Counted from the first letter of the stretch, positions 36,260 through 49,852 are shown. The stretch is DNA of 64,000 bases from Botryllus schlosseri (GCA_051294905.1 CM119372.1:21020001-21084000), one strand, 5' to 3'. Numbers and translations: made by a program. The notes: generated by a model not told the origin, from the letters alone.

Positions 36260-39200
36260 CTTATCAAATGATTAACGTATGAAATTATTCCTCATATGTT
36301 TCAGTATTGTCTGGCCATAGTTATTGAGATAAGCCATTCAGCGGACTCAAAGAAGACATGACAAATGATATAGATTATTGGAACATGGAAGGAATCCAGT
36401 GAAATCTACAAAGATGGGGATATCTAAAGATGAGACGACGACGTTGATAATGAATTGTATGTCTGATATAGGATAGGTATAGGCCTAGGATCTATTAGTC
36501 ATATAGTTTTGAGATGGTACTAAACATAATAACCAGGACCGAAACAGCAAAGACGCTTCCTTGCCAGTTCGGAAATTAATTGCGTTGGTGGGGATATCAA
36601 AAAGTACTATTTAAACCAGGGTTCGCCAACTCAAAACAGGCCGCGAGCAACTTTTCAAATTTCGTAGCGGCTGCGGGCCGCATGAATTCAATATCGATAT
36701 AAAATAGGCCACAAGGTCTAGCAACTGCTTTTTAAAACTTTACGTCAGTACAACGCTTTTCTCCCTAACATAGGCAATGGGCATAGTTACCACAAAAGAA
36801 GTAATATGAATACAAATTCAACAAAAATTAATGATTATCAATTTCATTTTACTCTGAACTCTGAGGTGTGCGCGATACCTGGCACTGCTGTTCAGCGACT
36901 ATGGAATTGATATTGGGCATAGCGAGAGACGTCACTAGCTAAAAACCATCTCCACGTAAAGCCTGATCATGTGGGGAAGCCCTAACCCGTTTTCTAACCG
37001 TCTCAGCCTTGGCAGTATACGAGAAACTGCCCGTCAAAGGCAATATGCCAATTCACATCAGCTGATTCTCCCTCGATGGAATGCTGTTGCCATCGCCAAA
37101 GCCGTTTTAGCTAGCGAGAAATAGTGATGCTGGGCACAGGAGAATAGCTTATTTTGAAACAACAACAAGAATATGCTGAAACTGTAATCATTTCAGCATA
37201 CAATTATTATATGGTTTATTATAGTCGAATGGTCCTCCGAGCGCGATTTAAGCGCAAAATATTTCCAATACCAAAGTCCCAAGAAGACTGACTGGACTTT
37301 GACCTCTTACCAATACCGAAACTGCTGCAAACTAAACCCCCAATCGGGGGGGGGGGAGTGAGCTCGAAAGGTGCATTACATCATTTCGGTGAATGAACAT
37401 ATATCACACGTCATGTTTTGACGACTCCCCAATGAAAAAATACGCAAAATTATAGAAAATAGAAACAGGCATTCGGCGTCGGCCATTACCACGCCACGAT
37501 ACATTGTATTAATGTATTAATGTGCAGGTGCACAACATAGTGGAGCTTATCGCCTTTTAAGGCCGTGTGCTCCGCGACACGAATTTCATAATGTTCAGAG
37601 GTCTTTGCTGTTTTTGTAATCTTGGGAACGTCATTCAATCTCTCTCGCAGTCATTCTTCATTCTCTCTCGCTCCCATGCGTCCCCATCGCAGTCATTGCT
37701 GCCGACTAGTACCATGGCTCACTTTGATTCTGGGCTTTTCAATGAACTACCATAGTAGTGAGGTCGGCGATGAGGAGCCCAGAGAAACCTCCGACACATA
37801 GAAGTTGGTCAGAACCGGGATTCGAACCAACGTCCATTGGTGTCGTGACCGACGCCACGATACATGAAGACATATGAAGTTACGGCCAATATGGACTCCG
37901 ACAAGTGTGCCAAAAGATCGTCTGCGAGAAAACCTTAGCCGAAGAGGATTGCCCTTATGTTGTCCGTAAACTTCGATGTATATAAGTCTAGTTGTCCATA
38001 GGTACTTAAATCGCTCGTGCCGAATTATCATGTCGTCGCAATCTGCACCCCACAGGACAAATAACATCCATTATAGAAAAATTATTTGCCAGTGAAGAAA
38101 TACCAATTTTGAATCGTGTGCTTACTTTAGTTTATTACGTTTATGCGTTTCAATATTTTTTGACTATATAGCGGACAAGAGGTACAAAATAGCAACATGT
38201 AACGAAGTAATTGTACCGACAGGCAAGCCCGAATATGTTTAATTATTAATTACGTGGCCTTCATTTTCCAAGACGACAGCTTACTCAGAGCTACTGGTAA
38301 ATCTGATTACGTGAGATGAGAGGATAAAAAGTTTACAGCGACATATATATGCAATTACCACCTATTGATTCATGCATTATAGAAAATTTCGGCACCTAGG
38401 GGGACCAGGCCACACAAAATTTGCTGATCATCGAAATCACACGACGGGGTTCTTGGGGACGAATCCGCCAGAAGTTTGGTTTATCATGCTATGGGCGCCC
38501 AAGACAATCGTTTTTAGGGGGACTTACGAAGTGCTGTTACGGCACTCCCTCTTTCCCATTTCCTTTATCACAGTCCTTACAATATGGGGGCGGCGCTTGA
38601 GCCCGATAATTATTGAAAGGGGGTGCTGGAGGAAAAAAGGGTTAGGAACCACTGCTTTAGACTATAAAGATATGTGTAAGAACACGCAAGTCAGTAGATG
38701 AACTACTTAGCCATGGATCTTTACTCACGAGAACAGCTGTAGCCATTTCCTAGGTCTCGCTCATCACAAACGCATTCGTAACCAAGCACAGAATCTTCAC
38801 TTAAAACGCACTTCGCTGTACTGTGGCAGGGATTATTGACGCAATAATCGATCTCTGTGAAAGTAAAGTTTTCCGCGTCAAATATAACGGTCTAATAATT
38901 ACACCGGTCTGCACTATTTTCGCGCCAGACTGTATTTGGGTCATTCTCATTTAATTTTGGGGCACTAAATCCGAATCTGGTATTATTTTGTTCCTATCAT
39001 GTCACATTTCGGGGATTACTTCTACTTTTTCGAGGCACTCAAGTATATGTTTCTATAGCTGCACTACAAAATTGGTTAGATTTTCAGACTTCTACTTCCA
39101 TGTGTACAGCTTCTCCCAAAATCTTTATAATTTGGAGTTTGAAATGTAGAAAGTAGTTTTGGGATAAGATTGCACCAATGTTATGAGTTGAATTATGAAA

Positions 39201-40466
39201 AGAACAATGACAAATAGCCACTTTATCACAGTATATAAATATAATCGCATAGATTAATTCATATTTGGTTAATTTGCGGGAAGATACATCTTATGATTTC
39301 GAAAGTTTTCCGGAAGTGTTGAAAGTGGGCGATGCTATTTGCCCACATTTGACGCTAGTGAGGTCATGAGGCCTTGGCAACGGGACGGGACGCCGAGTTA
39401 CTATTGCGTTACAGTAGCATAAGGCAAAACACGAAAATAAAACGTCGAAATATTTTTAAAAACATCACTAGAAGTTACTCAACACTAAGCTTTGGCTCTG
39501 TTATCTCAGTAGCAAAAAAACAAGGGCATTTGGATTAGGCCACTATTAACCACTTTGCTGGCCACCTTTTATGACTTGAGTTCTTCTACTCCATTCTGAT
39601 ATTTGTCATTATGTCATACGACCTCCTTGCTTCGTTTACAACCGTTTACAAACATAGGTCACAAAGGGTAGTAATTTGGGTCGCGACCGCACATGTAAAT
39701 TCACTGATTTTCTTGCGGCAAAATATTCTTCGCGCATAGCGCGTTATCCCGTGAATAGTTGGTGCATACCCACCTTTATGGGTGCTATACCCCATAATCG
39801 AGACACACAGAAGACACAGAGACACACTCATATTGTGCAGCAACAGCTCAGGTTTCATCAAAAATTCATTTAATAAAATAATTAATTTGTTGCTGTTATA
39901 CGCGCTCACTGAAGTTCTAAAAGAAAGTCAAAATTTGATTGATATATGAAATTCGCAGCGAAAAATCTCGACGTGATAAAGCAATTCTGAGCATAGAGCT
40001 AGAATTGGATTCACCAACCAAAAATTATCCTAAATCAATCATCAAAATGTTTGGCGCAATTTCATTTTTTGAAATTTGTATAGACCACTGTTATCACCGG
40101 CCCGGCCAATCAGCCTCCATAAAAATAGCGGTATCGACCAATTCCAGTCCTCCCAATGATGTCATTACTCCAACGATTGCTATAAGTGAGAGGGTCTTCA
40201 GTACTATCGATTTATAAAGAGCGGAGTGGGAGTTTAATTCCGCGCGGAAATGAAAAAAGTTGTAATTCCTAAGCTATAGGTTCAGCCAAGGATATATATA
40301 TCAGGGCTTTGGAGCAGCCGTAAATTTTAACTGCTCCAGCTCCGGCTCCGGAGCTCTCTTCTATCATACATTAGCTCCGTCTCCAGCTCCGGAGCCGCAT
40401 TATAACCACTGCTCCGGCTCCAGCTCCGGCTCCGGCTCTAAAATTATCGAATGGTTCTGTCTATAT

Positions 40467-42004
40467 CAGGGGTGGCCCGCAAATGTGGCCCGCGAGAGGG
40501 TTTAGCGTGGCCCGCGAGGTAATTTCCTATTATATTATCGAAAATGAATTGCTGAGATTGTGAACTTGCAATGCCAACCAAAAATTATAATTCTGGCTGC
40601 AACACTTGGGATGTTGATGACTAAAATATCGGTTCCGACGTATTGGCAGATCCAGGGTCCAGTCACATTTTGAGTAAATTGTCGTACATTACAATAAACT
40701 AAAATAGTAGCGAATTTTTTCTTGACGCTTCGCGTGTTTAATTGTCACACGATTTCTTGCTTGGTAGCCTACCCCCTACTGAAAATGAAAAAAACGTCTA
40801 ATTTACCCGATAGAGTATAACTGTATTCGCAATTACGGAAGAAAGTCTTCGCGTTTGCGCTCGCATAAAATCGTCTACGGTGAAATGTAGGCACAAAATG
40901 ATTGTCGCATATTATCGGAGACCTTCGATATCGATGTGTCCAGACGCCGAATAGTCGTGGCCTTGCAAACTGAGCCTAGCGGGTGGTATACAATAGACCC
41001 GCAATACTCTCCTAGTTTAGGGTTACCATATTTCTGTGACCCAAATTCCGGACACACTTTAGCGCCCACTAGTGGATTTCAAAATGAGTTATGACGTCAC
41101 GCTAGCAAATCTTCGCTCATAGACCAGAGGCGGTCACGATCCGGTTCAGGAGTATGTGACTGTGCGTTGTGTAACCGGGCCGGGAAGATGATGAGTTCGA
41201 AAATACAGGGACCGTAATTGTACATCGTTAAGTCGTGTTCATGTCCCATCGATAAGATTGTTCATCAGCCTTATGCTGGTGCGCACCACGGAGCTATATA
41301 ATCACCCCACATCCAGTGGTTTCCAACCTTTTATGGTCGCGACTCCATATCCAATTTGAAAATGTTTCGTGACCCAGATCAAAATTTGACGAGAAGTCAA
41401 TACCTTTGCCCAGACTTACTCACGGGCTATTTTGGACGCTGATTACGTTCAACATATTCGCGAACCCCAGAATAAAGGCAAACCACCCCCACGTTTTGAA
41501 CCATCATCGTTGAATAAAGCATTTACACGGCCTTAACGATCTCTAGGGAAATATCGTTCTTCTATAATTGTGATTACGGTTAGGCCTATTCCAGTGAATG
41601 AAGGTTGTTTTTATTTGTATTTTATTGCAGTTTTTGCGAGGGGGGTAGTCAACTTGATAAAATCAATAAATGTGATAGTAAATCACGTGCAGCGCGAAGA
41701 AAAATATCATGCATCACCATAAATATTCCCAAAAATAATGTTTTTATGTTGATTTACGAAAATATTATGATCTTACGCCAGGTCTTCAGAATTCCGGACA
41801 TTTGGCCTATTTTAGAAATTCCTCCCGGACGCTAGTTTGAACAGTGAAATTCCGGACATGTCCGGGAAATTCCGGACGTATGGCAACCCTATCCTAGTTT
41901 ATTTATAAACTTAGAAAATTTTACCCGCTTGGCGTGGCTAGTGGACCGCGCACTCGTTCGTCAATTTCATGTGCCCCTTTAGCCGGAAAGGTTGGCCATT
42001 CCTG
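40467..42004. mobile_element. hAT-type MITE nested in 40302-42437
   Basis: CAGGGGTGGCC...GGCCATTCCTG; perfect TSD GTCTATAT. Confidence 0.85.
41018..41891. mobile_element. hAT-type MITE nested in 40467-42004
   Basis: TIR TAGGGTTACCATA/TATGGCAACCCTA; perfect TSD TCCTAGTT; tccggac motifs. Confidence 0.88.
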
Positions 42005-43039
42005 GTCTATATAGATTACTAATCTACTAATAGGTTAGTTATCTATAGTCCGTCAGCCGTCAGTAACATCCGATGTAGCAACAAATACATATAGGTGCCG
42101 CCGTGCCGGCTTTTTACTTCATTCTGAATACTTGTCAATTGTCGACAACATCATAGTTGCACTAGAACGCAATTTACTCCATGCCATTGCTGTGCACAGC
42201 AATAAAATTCAGGCCTGGTGTTCAATTATGATAAATCAGCAGATGTGGTTGTTGCATATATAATAGCATCTTATGAAATAGGTCGGAGCCGGAGCTACTC
42301 CTGAAATAACGGGCTCCAGCTCCGGCTCCGGCTCCGGCTTAATTTTATGTAGAGCTCCGGCTCCGGCTCCAGCTCCGGTGAAAATGCTCGGCTCCGGGGC
42401 TCCGGCTCCGGGCTCCGGCTCCGGCTCCAAAGCCCTGATATATATGATATCATATATCATTGGTTCAGCTGAAGTTTTACTGTAATTAAATGTAATTGAT
42501 ACGGTATATACGTTTTCAGACTAGTGCTACGAATTACAAATTCTAATAGAAACTTGTCACATATTGATATCGACAGAAAAACATTAGCTCATATGCAAAA
42601 ATATGTCGCATTGGCGATGCCAGTATATATAGGCGGAACTTTCTGATGTCGGTGGGCTTTAGTCAGGGTTACCATATTTTGAGATCCGAAAAAGAGGAAA
42701 CTTTTCAAAAATTCTGAAAGCTCCACGACCGGAAAAGTAAACTGGTGATTTTGAACACTTTTCGACCGATCGTAATGTGTTGACTAAAAAAAGGTCACCA
42801 CTTTGAATCGGCTCCCGATACCGAGTGTTGTCTACAATAAAGTATTTAGAAATAAAGATACCAATGGTTTGTAACTGCATGGCAGCGCGGTAACTGCATA
42901 TCATGATCAGTATGTTAATGGAGTCTATGTTCGATATCGTGTAGTATTCGGTGATATTGAACCCTGATCACAGATGCTATGCAGTTGCTACCCCACCAGT
43001 TTCATTAGTAAAATCATTTCAGCACACGATTTGACTTGC

Positions 43040-43156
43040 CTCGACATGAACTTCCGTCTCCTTCGTAACCCTCCTTGCACTGGCAACGAAACCCGCTTGC
43101 GGACTCGATGCAAACAGCTTGACTATGACATGGCTCGTCCTCACACGGTAAGGACA
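43040..43156 (-). CDS. Exon: EGF-like module 5 (GC donor)
   Basis: cttgtag|TG ... CGA G|gcaagt; SLPCEDEPCHSQAVCIESASGFRCQCKEGYEGDGSSCR. Confidence 0.9.
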
Positions 43157-43219
43157 CTACAAGACAATCATGACCATTAGTCGGATTTCTTTAAATATTT
43201 CGCAACATCGAGTGCATAC

Positions 43220-43339
43220 GTCGACACACTTGCTTGCCATCTCCTTTGAAGCCGGTTTTACATCTGCATCGGAAAGAATCGCCGACAGGTTGGCAAGTAG
43301 CGTTGGCATGACACGGCTTCATGTCACACTGGGCTATTT
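43220..43339 (-). CDS. Exon: EGF-like module 4
   Basis: ttttag|AA ... CGA C|gtatgc; IAQCDMKPCHANATCQPVGDSFRCRCKTGFKGDGKQVCR. Confidence 0.92.
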
Positions 43340-45076
43340 CTAAAATTTATAAGTTGTATAAAGTTGCCATAAATCAAGGGTATTGAATGATCACGAATTC
43401 AGTAGTTATTCTAAATAAAGGTTCCTTGTGTAGGTTTAAATCAACATAGCGACGACGACTGTAATAACGAGCCGCCGCAACCGCAATATTTCAATATCGA
43501 CAGTGGTTCTTAAAACTTTTTAGGAAGCGACTAAAATTGTAGTCTTATATACATCTCGCGACCCAAACCACACACGCGAAGGATATACGTTTCTAATGTC
43601 AGTGTGATGAACCAGACCAATGAACGTATGGTAGGCTTTTATTAACAATATCCCGACTAGCGCCGACACAATTTTATTAACAAGTCCCGACTGAGCGCAT
43701 AGACGTAAGAAACGGATGGCGTCTGCCGAAGAGAGATTGTATCATGTTCCTATTCTCAAAGCTCCGGGAGCTGAACTGGTATTCAAGCATTGGAAAGATA
43801 TGCTTGTTAGTTTTATCAAAGCCGCGGACGATCGCCGTCGTCAGTCTTCTGCGTCAACCTCGTAGTTGGACAAGCGAGGAATAATGAATGGTTACCGGGA
43901 AACACGTCAGTCAGTATGCACTCTAAACGAAAAAGGTGTGTATACACATACAAATTTCCGAAAAGGGTGGTACGCGGAAACAGAACCTAACTCAGAATTA
44001 TATCGCGGCCATATATCCTACGTGTCAACGTGCATGCAAAATTAGAATTTGAATTTTGCACTCGAATAATACCGCGGTATAAGTCTGGGATAGGTACTGA
44101 TTTCGTGTGCCATGGGTATTCATATCCGTATATCAAGGGTGGTACACGGGGTGGAAATACGCACTCTTTTTGCTCAGAGTGTGCTACGTTTTCACGGACA
44201 TGTATAGGGAATAGAGGTTCAGAAACCAGTTTCACGCTGCGCAGTTCTATGACCCATAATAATTCATTACAAAAAAGTCAGTGAGTCAGTGAGGTTGATG
44301 TCAATGGAATGTCCCCTACATTGTTATCCTATGCGCTTTTTTTTTAATTCCTCGCTATGCGTATGTCAAAGGTTTACAGCCTTTTCTTATATGCACGAGC
44401 TCTCTGCAGAAAATTTATAAGCTCTCTGAACCCTGGATCATTGAAATTGGCAATTTAAGATACAAACCCAGCGATAACCAACAATGTTCGCCCTCATAAT
44501 AATATTCAGCCAAACCGCCGCAGCTCAAACCATGAGTTGGAGGGACCTCGTAGGTCGGTCCTAATTATTTTTAAAACAACACAATGTAAAGTATATTTGC
44601 ACAGATTAATTTAAATGGGAATTTTCCTCCGTCCTCGCGCGATTTAGTGTCATCGTGTTACGGTTATCCACCTGACTCCCCCCACAAAATATATATATAT
44701 GTATATAAGATGCATAATATACAGAATTGATCCCAACTGTATTCGTAATTAGGGTGGCGCGTTATAATCCTAATATCGAGTGTAAAAATAGCCTGACAGG
44801 TTGAATGCAAGTTGATGACCCATGCAACCAAGACGCCTATCTCCTTCCATATGATTTACGGTGAGAAAATTGGTATTTGCTTAAATCACGTAACTGCATG
44901 GCCAACATCATTGACGAGAAATAGCGGAAGCATCATGACGAATCACATTTGCGCTACCAATTATGGCGTATTCGTAATGTTAAAAGCTGATATGCTTTTT
45001 TGAACTCAGCCTCGCCATTTCAAGGTAATTAAATGCTGAGAATTTCATAATCAATCGTGCCTATATGATCACTTAC

Positions 45077-45196
45077 TCCGGCAACGAAAGCCATTGCCCT
45101 CATATCCCCGTGCGCAGGTACACGAATAGGAGTCATCTTCGGTGTGACGACATATTGCAAATCTATGACACGGGTTGGTTTTACACTGATTCGTCG
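45077..45196 (-). CDS. Exon: EGF-like module 3
   Basis: tttcag|CG ... CGG A|gtaagt; TNQCKTNPCHRFAICRHTEDDSYSCTCARGYEGNGFRCR. Confidence 0.92.
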
Positions 45197-45262
45197 CTGA
45201 AATCGACCAAAGGCAACATTATTCTCAATAACTTCGCGAAGCATTTACTGTTCAAAGCCCAC

Positions 45263-45379
45263 CCCGGCATGTTATTCCGTCTCCTTCGTATCCATCGCGA
45301 CACACACAGCGATGGTCATTTGCCGAAGGTAAACAAAAGGCTTTGATGTGGCATGGCGTTCCTTCGCATGGCAATGGCA
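45263..45379 (-). CDS. Exon: EGF-like module 2
   Basis: aattag|TG ... CGG G|gtggg; PLPCEGTPCHIKAFCLPSANDHRCVCRDGYEGDGITCR; phase 1-1. Confidence 0.9.
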
Positions 45380-45444
45380 CTAATTCGAAAGTAAATGAAC
45401 ACGGTATTAACCATTGATACGGTTGAAATTTAGTTGTTTCTTAC

Positions 45445-45564
45445 AGTGACAAAACTTGATTCCGTCTCCTCGGAGACCGTCATTACATTTACATGAGAAA
45501 TCATCATCGTTGTTTACGCATGAAGCGTTGACGTGACAAGGATCCACATCACATGGCAGTCTTC
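45445..45564 (-). CDS. Exon: EGF-like module 1
   Basis: ctacag|GA ... CAC T|gtaag; RLPCDVDPCHVNASCVNNDDDFSCKCNDGLRGDGIKFCH; 6 Cys, phase 1-1. Confidence 0.9.
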
Positions 45565-45896
45565 CTGTAGCCGAGAAAAATACTTTTATTGGAATTCTTC
45601 GAACAACTTGACTCTCGATGTGGACTATTGAAATAGGTGAAAACAGTGAACCGTTGTTTCGAATTCACACTACGAAGCTTCAGAATTATAAAAAATGGTG
45701 ATTTATGATTTTACAAACACGGTGATGAACATATATACGTCACGCATACGACTAAATAGTAATTGAATTAATAATTATTTTACAATGAGTAATCATTTGC
45801 ATGAATCTCACATCGATGGGATTATATGGCCGCAAAGAAGATTCGGGAGAGGCAAACACTCGTACAAAGTTATGTTTTACTTGGTAACATGTCAGT

Positions 45897-46980
45897 TAGG
45901 GTTGCATTTAAAACAAGACGTGTTTTAGAACACTTTGTTTAAAAATATTTTAAAGATGTTTAAATTATGTTTCAAACAAATGCCATTTCAAAAAAATCGT
46001 ATGTTTTAGGCCATAATTATGTTTTAATTGTCTAAACATACTTTCGAAAAACAGGTAGTATGAACCTTCGGTTGACTTGCACTAGAAATAAAAGACATAT
46101 ACGATATGAAATGGACGGAGTGCTCGACGCCGTCGTCGATTCAGCAGTTATTACACGTCAGCTGCATATCGCTTGAACCGAAAGGATGTTCTCATGATGA
46201 TGATGACTGCAAGCCGTAAAATTACATGCATGATGATATAGTCAAGATCATCGATATTCTTTGGCCGTGTAAGACACGGATCGGGAACCTTTTTCTTGAA
46301 GGATCCATGACCCTATTTCCATTGTTATATCGAAGATTTGATATACTCATGGCAATCAGCTGTGACGTCACGATTGCAGACTCGTTACGTCATGCTGACA
46401 CAAAATCGAAGTGGTAAACGGGCCATGTTCCGTACGTTTGTTGGTCACGCTCGTGACAATGACCAATAGAAGGGCTGAAAAGACTATTCTCAGAAATCAC
46501 AAGGCTTATAAATAAAACTGAATCGAATTATTGCTGAAGACGAAGAATCAGATGAAATTATTGATGAAATCAGTGTAAGCGACGAGTACCGACAGGAAAT
46601 AGACCGTTATATACCCTGTGACTCGTTTGAATTGCGGGCTTGTGTGTTCAATCACCTTAATATGAGGTGAAAATTTTACAAATCCCTCTATGGCCCTGGA
46701 TGACATATTTATGAATAACATTTACTGAAATTCTGGAAAAGTCAAGCAGTTGTTGTTTTATGCAACGCAATCTGCCTTGGAATCAGTGATTTTGTAGCGT
46801 CGAAATATATCTTGAGTACAAAAACTTCCAACTCATGCCGACAACTCGCACGGAGCAATATATTGTAATTTAAAATGTTGTTTTGCGTCTCTTGGAAATC
46901 ATGACCGAAAAAATGTTTTACAAAGGCCATATTGCAAAAATATTTGTTTTGGATTGATTTTTGTTTAAAATGCAACCCTA
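45897..46980. mobile_element. hAT-type MITE (TAGGGTTGCA family) inserted in a coding exon
   Basis: TIR TAGGGTTGCATTTAAAAC/GTTTAAAATGCAACCCTA; TSD ATGTCAGT/ATATCAGC (6/8). Confidence 0.85.
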
Positions 46981-47188
46981 ATATCAGCGGTACTTTCTGT
47001 TCCCTCTCTTGTCGATTCCGGTTCTGCGTCTAGGTCCATCAACAGAGTCGTCATCTCAGGAGGCACGGCCGCCAGCGAAGAAGTGATAACTTCCGTTTCG
47101 GTTTCTACCGAGCTTGGAGAGGTCATAGACGCCTCGTCGATTATCCCTTCGGTCGCAGAGTTCGTAGGCTTTGTCGAAGTGACATTGC
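46981..47188 (-). CDS. Exon: Ser/Thr/Glu-rich mucin-like segment, 3' end interrupted by a hAT MITE
   Basis: ctttcag|GC AAT... GNVTSTKPTNSATEGIIDEASMTSPSSVETETEVITSS...EGTESTAD; phase-1 acceptor; the original exon end and GT donor lie at 45879-45888 beyond the insertion. Confidence 0.8.
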
Positions 47189-47439
47189 CTGAAAGTATAG
47201 CAAAACGACTGATAGCTAAATCCATAGGCATGGCCGGGTGAAATCGAAAGGTTCAAATATAAATAACTAGCGATCGACTGCATTTCAAAACAGAATAAGC
47301 AGGTTCTCGGTAAATCTCGCCTGGGCACACTCAGCTACCCTTTATTGCTATACATACCATGAAGTGAATATATTTTGATTCCGTAGCTGCCGACTTATAG
47401 CACTGCCTACTTGTAAGCTTTTTAAGACACCGCCCAGGT

Positions 47440-48249
47440 CAAGGGTTCTTAAAGTATGGGTCACAACCCAAACATGAGTCGCAAAGGGTATAATGTTGGG
47501 TCGCGACGGCACCAGAGCGATCGTGAAATTCTTGCAACGTAAAAATTTATCCGCGTGATTTCCTTATACATAGCCGAGGTCACTGTGTTGGTACTATAGC
47601 CAATGATCAAGACACGCAGAAAAGTTGTTACTACAGTATGGCTTGTTCATGAAAATATGCGACCTTAGAATGAGGCTACACAATTTAGTTTGAATTCTTG
47701 ATGAGATTTGTCTGACATTGGTTTCTCTGGAAAAAGCCGTCGAAGACCATTGGGATACTTTAGTGTAGGCGTGTGCAACGGGCGGGCGCGATGTACAGGT
47801 CCGCCCTTTTGGTGCCGGAACCTATGAAGACCTGAAGTTTTGGCCAACATAAGATTGGGCAAAGTGCAGTGCCAAAAATATCGACAGCGATAGAACCTTG
47901 GTCAACATTGACCATCGCAGGTTGGCCAAAACCTTCGATATTGATATGTCCGGTCGTCGAAATGGTCGGCACCGAATAGTCACGTCCTGTACTCTGGGTG
48001 GACAGTAGCACAGATGCGACCCCCGCAGAGAAAAAATACACTCAAATTTGAAATCGCGTGCGTCAGACATGTTTGATAGATCTGCGTTGCGTACAACTGC
48101 TGTCTGCGCATTCTCTATGTCATGTATGCCCGTAAAAACATAGCGCATCAATATTAAAAATGTATACTTTTAGATATGTGGGGCTTGGGTCGCAAGATGC
48201 CATTACAAGTCAGATTTGGGTCGCGGTCTAATAAGTTTAAGAACCCCTG
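47440..48249. mobile_element. hAT-type MITE splitting a SINE
   Basis: CAAGGGTTCTTAAA/TTTAAGAACCCCTG; gggtcgc motifs; SINE halves on both sides; no clear TSD. Confidence 0.75.
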
Positions 48250-48595
48250 GCTTAATGAATAAGATGGCGAGGAGGAGCTTAGATGAACCTCCAACACTTC
48301 GACCTCGGTTGCACTATAACCAATCGGTGTTATGTAGCTGTGATGGATTATACCACTACGCCAGCTCGTAACAAACTTGGAAGGTAATTTCATGGTGCAC
48401 AGTTAAATTAGATCGTGCGATTTCAAAAGCCTGCGTGTGTGGTATTCACGTGAGCAATAGATATAAAGACAAGTATTTGAATATGAACATAACGATACCA
48501 TATGCATTGTGACGTCAAATTTGAACAGTGAACCCTTCCAAAACTATAGAAATATCGTGTGCACGGATGATATCCACGATTAGTACAAGCGCTAC

Positions 48596-48732
48596 CTGAA
48601 CAAGGCGATATCTGGCAGAATTCCCACGGTATTTTAGGGTGCATTGTGAAACACCACGGCTTCTCGTCGGATCCAGCAGGATTTCGGCAGTAGTTTTTGA
48701 CTAAACCGTCCGCGAGATAATTGCCAGGAGTC
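48596..48732 (-). CDS. Exon: second half of kringle C
   Basis: cttcacag|G ... TCA G|gtagc; TPGNYLADGLVKNYCRNPAGSDEKPWCFTMHPKIPWEFCQISPCS. Confidence 0.92.
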
Positions 48733-48763
48733 CTGTGAAGTACAGCAGTCTAAAACTCTAGAG

Positions 48764-49837
48764 CAGGGGTGGGCAAACTACGGCCCGCGGGCCGCATGCG
48801 GCCCGCAACACCGTTCTGTGCGGCCCGCGAGAGTCTAAAGAAACTTATTAAAAATATTGATGAAATGCGTACTAAAAATCGAATTCTTAGTATATTTCAC
48901 CATGATAATTCTAAAGCAGTATTTCCCAAACTGGAGGGCGTTAGGCATCTGAAGGGGGGCGTGAAGCTGAGCTCGAATGAAATTTTTTTTTCGCGCCTCG
49001 CGCGATTTCCAACCTATTTACAGTCATTCCTCGATATTTAGCCTCAATTACATATTTAAGAAGCTCTCATCCACAGTCGTAACCTTAAATGCCATTAAAC
49101 TATCCGTTAGGTTTGCTAGCGGCGGGGGGCGGCGCGAAGTCTTTCACCATCATATGGGGGGGGGCTTCCAAAGTTTGATAATCACTGTTCTAAGTTGAAT
49201 ACTTCAATAGTTCAATTTTTAGCGCGGCAGCCAGTTCGCAAGGCCCACGCAGTTTGAGAGGGTTCAACAGCTAAGCATCACAGAAATCCGAAGCGACATT
49301 GACATATTTCGGATCACGACTGTGATTTCTGATTGGCCACTTCATTTTCAATATTTCAGTGATGCAACGATTCGCGCGTGTCTTAGGTAAATTCGTTCTC
49401 TGTATGCGTAGAATTAGGGTATTTATATTTTATCTACATATAGTGGAAGCGTGTTTGAAGCTAACATGGTTATGATGCTGTCAGCATTGTGTGGCCTGGA
49501 ATTGAACCAAAAGTGGAATTAGTAAATCTATCAACAGATAGCTGCTCACAGATTTACATGTCAATCCGGCTCTAAGATCAGGACAGCCGACTTTCATCTC
49601 TATAGGTTATTGAGGTCGATCAGCCTATGAAATCTCGCCACTGTCTCTGGTGCGTGTACAATATCATCAAAGCAATCTGGTTTGCTAAGCATATATATTA
49701 TCTCCTAGCCCTCATTATATAATCAAATACCAATAATAATGCATTTTGGATTATAATCCCAATTTTACATAGTGCGGCCCGCGAATGGATTCAGATGTTG
49801 AATGCGGCCCGCGAGCTCAAACGTTTGCCCACCCCTG
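48764..49837. mobile_element. hAT (Buster/Charlie-like) MITE just upstream of a kringle-exon acceptor
   Basis: TIR CAGGGGTGGGCAAAC/GTTTGCCCACCCCTG; perfect TSD CTCTAGAG; cggcccgc motifs. Confidence 0.92.
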
Positions 49838-49852
49838 CTCTAGAGTCTAGAT

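Larger units (their letters stand above)
40302..42437. mobile_element. hAT-type element with (GGCTCC)n subterminal arrays
   Basis: TIR CAGGGCTTTGGAGC/GCTCCAAAGCCCTG; TSD ATATATAT. Confidence 0.9.

Noticed and set aside
42236..42460. Pro-Glu / Gly-Ala repeat ORF
   Set aside because: Translation of the (GGCTCC)n subterminal array of a MITE.
45897..46980. Introner-type intron gain by the exon-inserted MITE
   Set aside because: No AG acceptor at the element's distal end on the coding strand, and the TIR GT is out of phase.
47760..48041. 93-aa minus-strand ORF with faint resemblance to the 21218-21559 domain, lying between the kringle C and mucin exons
   Set aside because: It lies inside the 47440-48249 MITE, lacks an AG acceptor (ctctgcgg) and ends in a stop; kringle C splices in phase directly to 47188.
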